Both the position numbers and the translations under genes were made by a program. From positions 128,001 to 192,000 of the forward strand of contig CBDCRP010000003.1 of the NCBI GenBank assembly GCA_965221165.1: 64,000 nucleotides of DNA. Reading direction: 5' to 3'. This document shows, piece after piece, positions 39,698 to 48,020 of this stretch. The notes beneath the pieces were generated by a model that was not told the origin of the DNA, did not search any database, and saw only the letters and a program-made list of their open reading frames with translations. Source of the DNA: a bacterium. GTDB lineage: Bacteria; UBA8248. Each line of letters opens with the position of its first letter. Position 1 is the first letter of the stretch.

Positions 39698-40792
39698 ATG
39701 AGCATCATCGGCCATGGCGTGATTTCAAGAAAAGCGGGCGAGCGCACGGAAGTGGAAGAAATCGAACTCGACTCCCCGGGCCCCGGCGAAGTGCTGGTGA
39801 AAATCCAGGCCAGCGGCGTCTGCCACACGGACTTACACTACAAACTCGGAAAAATCGGGGATGAATTCCCCTATCTCCTCGGCCATGAGGGCTCGGGCAT
39901 CATTCAGGAAGTGGGGGAGGGCGTATCCGATCTGGCCGTGGGCGACTACGTCGTTCTGGCCTGGCGCGCCCCTTGCGGCGTCTGCCGGTTCTGCTCCATC
40001 GGCCAGCCCAACCTTTGCGCCGCCAGCCTGAACGCGGCCTCCAAGATGCACGTAAAAAAAGACGGTCAAGTTTTAAGTCCCTCCCTCGGCATCGGCACGT
40101 TCTGCACGTACACCATCGTCTCTGCGAAACAGGCGGTGAAAGTACCCACCGCCTGCACGCCGGAGCAGGCTTGCCTCATCGGCTGCGGCGTCATGACGGG
40201 CGTAGGCGCCACACTCTACACGGCGCAGGTGAGGCGCGGGAGCAGCGTGGCGGTGTATGGATGCGGCGGCGTGGGCTGCAGCGTCATCATGGGCGCGAAA
40301 ATGGCGCGCGCATCGAAAATCATCGCTGTCGACATCGCCGACAATAAACTTGACTGGGCCAGGGAATTCGGCGCCACCGACGTCGTCAATGCGTCAGAAA
40401 CCGACCCGGTGGAAGCGATCAAGGACCTCACCGGCGGAAACGGCGTCGATTACTCCTTCGAGGCCGTGGGAACGCCCCAGACGCTTCTCCAGGCGCTGTG
40501 GTCGCGCGACCTGGCCGGCGCCTGCACGCTCATCGGCGTGCCTGCCCCCGACATGATGATGGAATTGCCCATGCTCCAGTTCTTCGGCCTGGGCGGCGCG
40601 CTGCGCGTATCCTGGTACGGGGATTGTCTGCCTTCGAGGGATTTCCCGCTTCTCGCCGACTGGTACGAAAAAGGAGAACTGGACCTCGACCGCATGGTCA
40701 CGAAGGTTATTGGTCTCGAAGACGTGGAACCCGCTTTCGAGGCCATGGAACGCGGCGAAACCCTGCGTTCCGTAATTCGGAATCCGGATTAA
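39698..40792 (+). CDS. Zn-dependent alcohol dehydrogenase, S-(hydroxymethyl)mycothiol dehydrogenase-like
   Basis: GVCHTD, GHE, C..C..C.......C, GCGVMTGVGA, GCGGVG, SWYGDCLPSRDFP. Confidence 0.85.
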   Translation: MSIIGHGVISRKAGERTEVEEIELDSPGPGEVLVKIQASGVCHTDLHYKLGKIGDEFPYLLGHEGSGIIQEVGEGVSDLAVGDYVVLAWRAPCGVCRFCSIGQPNLCAASLNAASKMHVKKDGQVLSPSLGIGTFCTYTIVSAKQAVKVPTACTPEQACLIGCGVMTGVGATLYTAQVRRGSSVAVYGCGGVGCSVIMGAKMARASKIIAVDIADNKLDWAREFGATDVVNASETDPVEAIKDLTGGNGVDYSFEAVGTPQTLLQALWSRDLAGACTLIGVPAPDMMMELPMLQFFGLGGALRVSWYGDCLPSRDFPLLADWYEKGELDLDRMVTKVIGLEDVEPAFEAMERGETLRSVIRNPD

Positions 40793-40860
40793 ATAATATA
40801 AACAATGACATGAAGAATATCCTGCATGTTATTGTTTGTAGATGTAATTAAAATTAAAAA

Positions 40861-43752
40861 CTAATCATCCAGCGCGTCGGCGAGCATCTCGGCGATGTGG
40901 AGCGCCTTTTTGCCGACACCGGCGGAGATTTGCTGTCGGCAGGAGACGCCGTTGGCGATAGTCGTGGCGTCTTCTGCGCCAGCTCTGAGAGCAGGGAAGA
41001 GTTTCGTCTCGCCGATGGCGATCGAAATGTCGAAGTGTTCTTTCTCGTAGCCGAACGAACCGGCCATTCCGCAGCAGCCCGAAGGGATCTGAGTCACCTC
41101 CAAATCTGGAATCATTCCCAGAACCCCCAGGGAGGAGCCTGTGCCTACCAGGGCTTTCTGGTGGCAATGGCCATGGAAGAGGGCTTTCTGCTGTCTCGGG
41201 GACTTGAACTTCAGGTCGAGTTCGCCCTTATCGTGCAGACTTTCAAGAAATTCTTCGAGCATGTAGGAATTCTCCGCCAGGCGTTTTGGCTCATCGCCCG
41301 CCACGAGGTCGGGATATTCATCCCGAAAAGTGAGCAGACAACTCGGCTCGACTCCGATAATGGGCAGTCCCGCCTCTATCGCGGGGGTCAGCCTCGCAAT
41401 GTTCTCCTCCGCCAGCTTCTGACCCTCACGCAAGAGTCCGTGCGATATCATGGGGCGCCCGCAGCAGCCCGTCTCCGCGAGCCCGACCTCGAAGCCGGCC
41501 GCCTCCAGCACCTTGACCGCGGCCTTGCCGATTTCGGGGTAATTGAAGTTCGTAAACGTATCGTTTAAGAACAAAACCTTTCCCCGTGCCGTGTCGGCAC
41601 TCCGAGCGGCGGGACGAGCCTCGAACCAATCCTCGAAGGTGGGCGTCACCAGGGGAGGGAGCCTTCTTCGCTTGTCGATGCCCAAAAACCTGTCCAGCAG
41701 GGAGCGCACGAAGCGATTCCCCAGCGTCCAGTTCACGACTGGCGCCAACGGGGCGCTCAGGCGGTTGATGCGCGCGATGCGGCCCATCATCCGTACGCGC
41801 AGGGGCACGCCGTTCTTGTCGTAATAGGCCTGAAGCACCTCGGCCTTGATCTTCGCCATGTCCACGCTCGATGGACACTCCGCCTTGCAACCCTTACACG
41901 ACAGACAAAGGTCCAACACCTCATAGAGGCGCTCGCTGCCCAGATCCTCTCCGGGTATTCCGTTCGCAATGACTTCCCTGAGCGCGTTCGCCCGCCCGCG
42001 CGTGGAGTGTTCTTCTTCCATCGTCGCCTGGTAGGATGGGCACATCGTGCCGTCTCGCTTGCGACACGCGCCCACGCCGTTGCAAAGCTCAACGGCGCGC
42101 GCGAAACCGCCGTCGCTCGAAAAATCCATGATGGTCGGTATCTCGGGCGTCTTGTAAGACCCGTCAAAACGCAGGTTTTGGGTAAAGGGGAGGCCGTTCA
42201 CGATTTTTCCCGGGTTCATCCGGTTCTCCGGGTCGAAGAGCCGTTTCACCTCGACGAACGCCCCATAAAGTTTCTCGCCGAAGAACTTGGGCACCCACTG
42301 GCTTCTCGCCAGACCGTCGCCGTGCTCTCCGCTCATGGCGCCGCCGTATTCGAGCACGAGGTCCGAGACCTCCTCGGCGATGGCGGCCATTTTCTCGATC
42401 TCCGTATCGTCTTTGAGATTGATGAGCGGGCGCAGGTGCAACAGGCCCACACTCGTGTGGCCATAGTAGGAGGTGGCCGTATCGTACTTCTTCATGATGG
42501 CCTCGAAATGCCGGTAATAATCCAGGAGTCGCTCGGGGGCCACCGCGCAATCCTCCACGAAGGCGCAGGGCTTCCAGTCGCCCCGCCGTCCGAGGAGAAA
42601 GCCCAATCCCGCCTTTCGCATATTCAGGCAGTCCTGCTTGTGGGCGGGATCATCCAGCGGAACGCGCGCGTAGCCGATGTTCTTCGCTTCCAGTTCATCA
42701 TGGAGACGCCTGACTTTCTCTTTGGCTTCATCGTCGTTTTCGGCGAAAAACTCAATCGTCAGGAAAGAATCGGGATCGCCCACCACGAAGCTGCTCATGA
42801 GGCGCTGGGCTTCGAGGTTCTGCTTGGCGAGCTCGATGATCACCCTGTCGATGATCTCTATCGCCGCCACGTCGTGGGCCAAAATCGTCGTGCTCGCGGC
42901 GAGAGCCTCTTCGATGCTGTGGAAATGAACCACGAGGACGCCGAGCGCCTTGGGCTTGGGGCACACGCGCACCTTGGCTTCGGTGACCACGGCCAGCGTA
43001 CCCTCGGCGCCCACCATGAGCTTGGCGAGGTTGAAGGGCTGCGTCTCCCTGGCGAGTTCATCGAGGTTGTATCCGCTCACGCGGCGCATGATTTTTGGGT
43101 AGCGGTCTTCAATCTCCCCCCGCTGGTCGTCCACGATATCTTTCAGCGCCTTATGGAGCCTGCCTGTTCTCGAATCCTGACGCATGAGGTCTACGAGAGA
43201 ATCCGTATCCACAGGCCTGAAAGAGAAGGGCTCTCCATCGGCGAAATAACCGGAAACTTCGATGACGTGATCCACCGTCTTCCCGTAGACGATGGAGCGA
43301 GAACCAGAGGAGTTGTTCCCCAACATGCCGCCGATGGTGGCGCGGCTGCTCGTGGAGGTGTTGGGGCCGAAAACGAATCCGCGTGGGCTCAGGTAATCGT
43401 TAAAATGATCCTGAACCAGACCGGGCTGGACACGCGCCCATTCCTCATCGGCGTTTAATTCGAGCACCTGGTTCATGTATTTGGAAAAATCAAGCACCAA
43501 GGCTTCACCCACGGTCTGGCCGGCGAGGCTGGTTCCGCCGCCCCGGGGGAGGATGGCGACGTTGTGTCTTTGGGCGATTCGAAGCGTTTTTTCCACGTCG
43601 GCATCCGTTTTAGGCAGCACGAGGCCCACGGGTTCAATTTCGTACATGCTCGCGTCGGTGCTGTATATTTTTCTGGTGAAAGCATCGAAGCGCACTTCAC
43701 CATCAATAGCTGCGCGTAATTCTTGCTCAAGTGTTGCGCTAACTTTCATCAT
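40861..43752 (-). CDS. FAD-linked oxidase with Fe-S/CCG domains (YdiJ / D-lactate dehydrogenase-like)
   Basis: RGGGTSLAGQ, GEHGDG, CNGVGAC, CLSCKGCKAECP, CCGRP, CCGMAG. Confidence 0.92.
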   Translation of the reverse strand: MMKVSATLEQELRAAIDGEVRFDAFTRKIYSTDASMYEIEPVGLVLPKTDADVEKTLRIAQRHNVAILPRGGGTSLAGQTVGEALVLDFSKYMNQVLELNADEEWARVQPGLVQDHFNDYLSPRGFVFGPNTSTSSRATIGGMLGNNSSGSRSIVYGKTVDHVIEVSGYFADGEPFSFRPVDTDSLVDLMRQDSRTGRLHKALKDIVDDQRGEIEDRYPKIMRRVSGYNLDELARETQPFNLAKLMVGAEGTLAVVTEAKVRVCPKPKALGVLVVHFHSIEEALAASTTILAHDVAAIEIIDRVIIELAKQNLEAQRLMSSFVVGDPDSFLTIEFFAENDDEAKEKVRRLHDELEAKNIGYARVPLDDPAHKQDCLNMRKAGLGFLLGRRGDWKPCAFVEDCAVAPERLLDYYRHFEAIMKKYDTATSYYGHTSVGLLHLRPLINLKDDTEIEKMAAIAEEVSDLVLEYGGAMSGEHGDGLARSQWVPKFFGEKLYGAFVEVKRLFDPENRMNPGKIVNGLPFTQNLRFDGSYKTPEIPTIMDFSSDGGFARAVELCNGVGACRKRDGTMCPSYQATMEEEHSTRGRANALREVIANGIPGEDLGSERLYEVLDLCLSCKGCKAECPSSVDMAKIKAEVLQAYYDKNGVPLRVRMMGRIARINRLSAPLAPVVNWTLGNRFVRSLLDRFLGIDKRRRLPPLVTPTFEDWFEARPAARSADTARGKVLFLNDTFTNFNYPEIGKAAVKVLEAAGFEVGLAETGCCGRPMISHGLLREGQKLAEENIARLTPAIEAGLPIIGVEPSCLLTFRDEYPDLVAGDEPKRLAENSYMLEEFLESLHDKGELDLKFKSPRQQKALFHGHCHQKALVGTGSSLGVLGMIPDLEVTQIPSGCCGMAGSFGYEKEHFDISIAIGETKLFPALRAGAEDATTIANGVSCRQQISAGVGKKALHIAEMLADALDD

Positions 43753-43956
43753 TTACCTCGTTGATTTAAAATATAATGATACAATAATATAATAAATTAC
43801 TTTAAGTTTATAAAAAGCAAATTCATCATAGGTCAGACGAACATTAGAGACAAGAGAAGTATTGGCCATTTTGTCTATCTTCGCCACGCTCGTTTGCCAA
43901 AGAGTGGGGCGGCGCGCTAAGTTTCGCTCAAGACGCCCAATAGAAGGAACGATGCT

Positions 43957-44958
43957 TTGAATTACCACGAATTGGCGCGGCGCACCCTTGAAGATGAAAG
44001 ACCCGAACGAGAAGAGGCGCTCTCGATCGTCAACGCGCCGGATGATGAGATCCTTCAGCTTCTCGACGCCGCCTTTTCGGTGCGGCAAGCCTATTTCGGA
44101 AAAAAAGTGCAGATTCACTACCTCATCAACGCCAAAAGCGGCATCTGCCCGGAGGATTGTGGATATTGCTCTCAATCCGCCGTCTCCAGCACTCAAATCA
44201 ACAGATACGAGCTTGTGGATGAAGAACAGCTCCTCGAAGGAGCTTCTCGGGCCGAGGCGGCCGGTTCAAGACGCTATTGCATCGTCATCAGCGCACGAGG
44301 GCCGTCGGATACGGAAATTGAAAAACTCTGCCGCGCCGTCTCCAGAATCAAATCACACCATCGCCTTTCCGTGTGCTGTTCTCTCGGCCTGGTGGAAGCC
44401 TCCCAGGCCGCCAGGCTCAACGAGGCGGGCGTTGATCGCCTGAACCACAACCTCAATACGAGCGCGCGCTATTATCCCCAAATCTGCTCCACGCACACCT
44501 ATGACGACCGCATGGACACCCTGAGTGCGGCGCGTGGAGCCGGCCTTGAATTGTGCTCCGGGGTAATTTTCGGGCAAGGGGAGAACACCGACGACGTCAT
44601 CGCCGTTTGTGAAGCGCTGAGTGAACTCGCGCCCGAATCCATACCGGTCAACTTTCTCAACCCCATCGGCGGCACACCGCTCGAGGGAAAGCCCTTGTTA
44701 GGTCCAACTACCTGTCTCAAGCTATTGTGTCTGATGCGCTTCTATAATCCCCGTTCAGAAATTCGCGTCGCCGGGGGAAGGGAAGTCCAACTGAGAGAAT
44801 TGCAGCCTCTGGCGCTCTTTCCCGCCAACTCCATCTTCGTCGACGGCTACCTCACCACATCCGGCCAGGAGTCGGCCGCAGCACACAGCATGATTCGCGA
44901 TGCGGGATTTGAACTCGACGTAGAAGGCCATGCCGACCCGGTTCTCCCGGAACGATAA
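43957..44958 (+). CDS. bioB: Biotin synthase
   Basis: CPEDCGYCSQS radical-SAM motif, NHNLNT, SIPVNFL, RVAGGRE, ANSIF..YLTT. Confidence 0.96.
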   Translation: MNYHELARRTLEDERPEREEALSIVNAPDDEILQLLDAAFSVRQAYFGKKVQIHYLINAKSGICPEDCGYCSQSAVSSTQINRYELVDEEQLLEGASRAEAAGSRRYCIVISARGPSDTEIEKLCRAVSRIKSHHRLSVCCSLGLVEASQAARLNEAGVDRLNHNLNTSARYYPQICSTHTYDDRMDTLSAARGAGLELCSGVIFGQGENTDDVIAVCEALSELAPESIPVNFLNPIGGTPLEGKPLLGPTTCLKLLCLMRFYNPRSEIRVAGGREVQLRELQPLALFPANSIFVDGYLTTSGQESAAAHSMIRDAGFELDVEGHADPVLPER

Positions 44959-45315
44959 GCATCGCTCCTGATTTTTTCGTTCATGTTCGCACTTTTCACA
45001 TAGATCCTAAGCGAAGAGCAAGACGTTGAAGTGGCTCGGCATAACAGACGTGTCTTGAGAAATTCGTGTATCAGAAGAAGGTTTATTAGTGTAAAATAAT
45101 AATGTGAAATATATAAATCATTTATTTATAATATAATATTAGATATTCTTAAAGTACTACATTTCATAAATCAAACTTTTACATATTGACGAAAACATTC
45201 CTTCACCAACAGGAATGTCCGTTAATTGGGGGGTAGATCCTGGGGGTAGTTCGTCATAGCCTTGTCTGTCATGCAGGGAAGTTCTAGCAAATGCCTAAAA
45301 AAGCCCAGAGATATA

Positions 45316-45343
45316 ATTTTACATAATATATCTTATCGTCGCT
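45316..45343 (-). other. dif-like XerC/XerD recombination site
   Basis: Minus strand AGCGACGATAA-GATATA-TTATGTAAAAT: 11-6-11 layout, XerD arm 10/11 to E. coli TTATGTTAAAT; intergenic, between converging genes. Confidence 0.8.
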
Positions 45344-45368
45344 ATATCAGGGCTTTTTCGGGCACCCT

Positions 45369-46040
45369 CTATTTGAGGGCTTTCGCGTTGCTCAGTTTCG
45401 AGCGGATTTGTTCAGGCAAAAACGGACTCTCCGGGTGTTTTTTGCTCAACTCTTCATACGTCTTTCGTGCATCCTCCGCTCGGCCGAGCTTCTCCTGGCA
45501 ATCGGCGATGGATACATACAAATCCTCGGACGTGAAAAGGCTCCCTTTGCCCAGAATCGACTCCCACAGCGGGATAGCTTCGGTGCAGGCACCCTGCAGC
45601 ATCAAGACGGAGGCCACCCCCCGTTTGGCTAGTTCCTTGTCGGTCTCTGAGGAAATGCTGCTCTTGGCCACGAGCTCATACTGGGCTCGCGCGCCTTGGT
45701 ATTCTTTTCTTTCGCGCAGCAAGGCCGCCAGATGTAATCGCGCCAAAAGACCCGGACGCGAGCGTGGATAATTGTCCGACACCTGTTGAAGCGCGGCTTC
45801 CACGGCCTCTCCTTTTCCGTCCGGGGACGCGATTTTGGCCAAACCATACGCCAAGGACGCTTTTTCCCGCGCACGTTCATCCCACATACGGTATCCCACG
45901 AAAATGGCCGCCACCAAAACGACGGCCGCTAACCCCGCATAGAAAATCTTCTGATTCTCGATGAACCAGACGAGCGCCTTTCTTCCGTAGGTCTGCAAAG
46001 CATCCGGCTGCCGAATTTCTTTTCTGAAAGTTCTAGCCAT
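45369..46040 (-). CDS. Membrane-anchored TPR protein (YfgM-like)
   Basis: KEIRQPD N-terminus, single TM, TPR helices, YP/HP.S motifs. Confidence 0.8.
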   Translation of the reverse strand: MARTFRKEIRQPDALQTYGRKALVWFIENQKIFYAGLAAVVLVAAIFVGYRMWDERAREKASLAYGLAKIASPDGKGEAVEAALQQVSDNYPRSRPGLLARLHLAALLRERKEYQGARAQYELVAKSSISSETDKELAKRGVASVLMLQGACTEAIPLWESILGKGSLFTSEDLYVSIADCQEKLGRAEDARKTYEELSKKHPESPFLPEQIRSKLSNAKALK

Positions 46041-46139
46041 CGCACCACCATCCTTTGTCACTGAAGCCCCGCGCCAGCACCAATAATTTCACCGGGAACG
46101 CTCCCAACCATTCCCGAGCCACCCCTTTCACATACCAAG

Positions 46140-46291
46140 TCTCTCGCGTCGTTTACCGCATCGGAAATGACCGGAGGGCACGATAAGTGGAACGGACCGA
46201 GCCGTCAATCGCTCTCCGAAATATCGTCCGTGATGAGGCACCCGAAGAAATCGCGTTTCTCCTTGCCACTACACCGATGCCCCGCGAGAGA
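46140..46291. ncRNA. Candidate structured RNA (long irregular hairpin)
   Basis: Nested pairings TCTCTCGCG/CGCGAGAGA, GCATCGG/CCGATGC, ACGATA/TATCGT, CGGA-GAGC/GCTC-TCCG. Confidence 0.4.
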
Positions 46292-46413
46292 TCCAAAACC
46301 CGAACACACACCTGTGAGCACCATACGCGCACATCTCAAGTACGCATAAGGTGATAGTTTTGATATCACTCCCGGAGAATTGTATGCGTTCGAGAAACAC
46401 GTCCAGGCGAGTC

Positions 46414-46839
46414 TCAACGTTTCCCATTGAGAATTTCGAGTATTTCCCTGAGTTCTTTCCGAATCCACGCCAGATCGATGCTCTTCTCGCTTTGGGTCTC
46501 TAACGGCAACAAAGGGGCAATTCCCGGCTCGGCCCCGACAGGCTTTTTCGCCGCCTTGTTTGCTTCGGACCGCGCAGCTCTTTGCTTTTGAAGTTGTTTC
46601 TTGGCTCCGGCAATGGTGAAGTTCTCTTCGTACAATAATTGCTTGATCGAAAAAACGAGTTCCACATCCTTGCGGCGGTATACCCGTTGTCCAGAGTCAC
46701 CTTTTGCGGGCCGGAGCATTCGAAACTCGCTCTCCCAGTAGCGAAGCACATGGGGCTTCGTACCCGTCAACTCCGCTACTTCACCGATCTTAAAGAACAA
46801 CTTGTCGGGTATATGCTGATCTCGAGCGATTTGAGCCAT
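46414..46839 (-). CDS. MerR-family HTH regulator
   Basis: [13 protein letters not shown]...[10 protein letters not shown]...GQRVY...FTIAGAK. Confidence 0.92.
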   Translation of the reverse strand: MAQIARDQHIPDKLFFKIGEVAELTGTKPHVLRYWESEFRMLRPAKGDSGQRVYRRKDVELVFSIKQLLYEENFTIAGAKKQLQKQRAARSEANKAAKKPVGAEPGIAPLLPLETQSEKSIDLAWIRKELREILEILNGKR

Positions 46840-46849
46840 AGCTGACTCC

Positions 46850-47995
46850 CTATTTTTTCGACCTTCGACGCACTACGATGGCATCAGAAAATCCTGCAAG
46901 ACGAATTTTTTTTCTGTAAACCAACGCATCACGATGGGTCTTGAATTTCCCCGTCCTTATTGTGTAAAGCCTCCTTTTGGTTCTGCTCTGAAGCCGGGAG
47001 GCAAGCTCGCCACGAAAACCAGAATCCTCCGCACGATCCAGGAGAATGGCGGCATCTTCCAAATTCCTGAAACTTCCCGCGGCCACTCTCCATTGATTGG
47101 CATATCGATATACCCTGGCTCCGATCTTGTTCTTCCTGGCCTCGCTCGCCAGCGCCCGCGCTTCAGCAAGGCTCGAAAACGAGCCGAGGCGCACTTCCGT
47201 CATTTGACCACCACGTACCTTCGCACGGCCTGTGCTCGCCACCTTGAAGACGGAAAACCCCTTGCCCAGCAAACGTTTCGAAAATGATTCCGCGCAACGA
47301 TTTGTACTACAGGAAGCCACCTGAACGCTGTAATAAAAACCACGAGGCAACTTGCGAACGCCCGCCCCTTCTGGCCTTTTCGCTTTCACCTTTTCGGTCT
47401 TTTTTTCAACGACCTGTTTTCTCATGAGATTCGGGCGACTGGCTCCCGTTTTTTTCTCGGAGATTTTCCCGGCCATCGCCATTTCACGCTTTGGCTTTGC
47501 TTTCGTAATCTGTGATGCGGCAGGCTTTTCCGTTATCGAAGCCGTAGGGAGGAGCGGCGGCTTTTCAGCCGGCTTCAAGGGTGCGGGTCGCTCAGGTCGT
47601 ATGGTCCGATTCGGCGGCCCGAGCGCTCTTTTTTGACTCTGAGCGGCGCTATCGGAGGCCTTCTGAGACCGCCCAGGAAAGCCAGGAGCCCGTTTTGCGC
47701 TCTCAGCTTCACTTCTCAATTTCGCCAAATGCATTCTTCTTTGCTGTTCTTGCTTCATGCGGGTTCTTTTGAGTTGCGCCGTTTTCTTGACCTTGGGGAG
47801 CCACCAAAACTGATATCCCGCCCATGCCACTCCGCCCAGCATGACACAGACGAACAGGATGACCATCAAGACATCGACGAAGCCACCCCTACGCCGCTCA
47901 TAACTTCCCCCGTCGTCTCCGAAATCTTCCTCGGGATCGCCTTCCCTTTCCTCCTCATCATCGCCTTCGAGAAGATTCACACCTTTTCTCGCCAT
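46850..47995 (-). CDS. SPOR-domain membrane protein (FtsN-like architecture)
   Basis: Acidic N-terminus, TM, basic/Pro linker, four SPOR half-repeats (YSVQVAS, VRLGSF, VAAGSF, IRTGKF). Confidence 0.8.
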   Translation of the reverse strand: MARKGVNLLEGDDEEEREGDPEEDFGDDGGSYERRRGGFVDVLMVILFVCVMLGGVAWAGYQFWWLPKVKKTAQLKRTRMKQEQQRRMHLAKLRSEAESAKRAPGFPGRSQKASDSAAQSQKRALGPPNRTIRPERPAPLKPAEKPPLLPTASITEKPAASQITKAKPKREMAMAGKISEKKTGASRPNLMRKQVVEKKTEKVKAKRPEGAGVRKLPRGFYYSVQVASCSTNRCAESFSKRLLGKGFSVFKVASTGRAKVRGGQMTEVRLGSFSSLAEARALASEARKNKIGARVYRYANQWRVAAGSFRNLEDAAILLDRAEDSGFRGELASRLQSRTKRRLYTIRTGKFKTHRDALVYRKKIRLAGFSDAIVVRRRSKK

Positions 47996-48020
47996 GATAA
48001 GAATCCTCTATATGCGAAAA

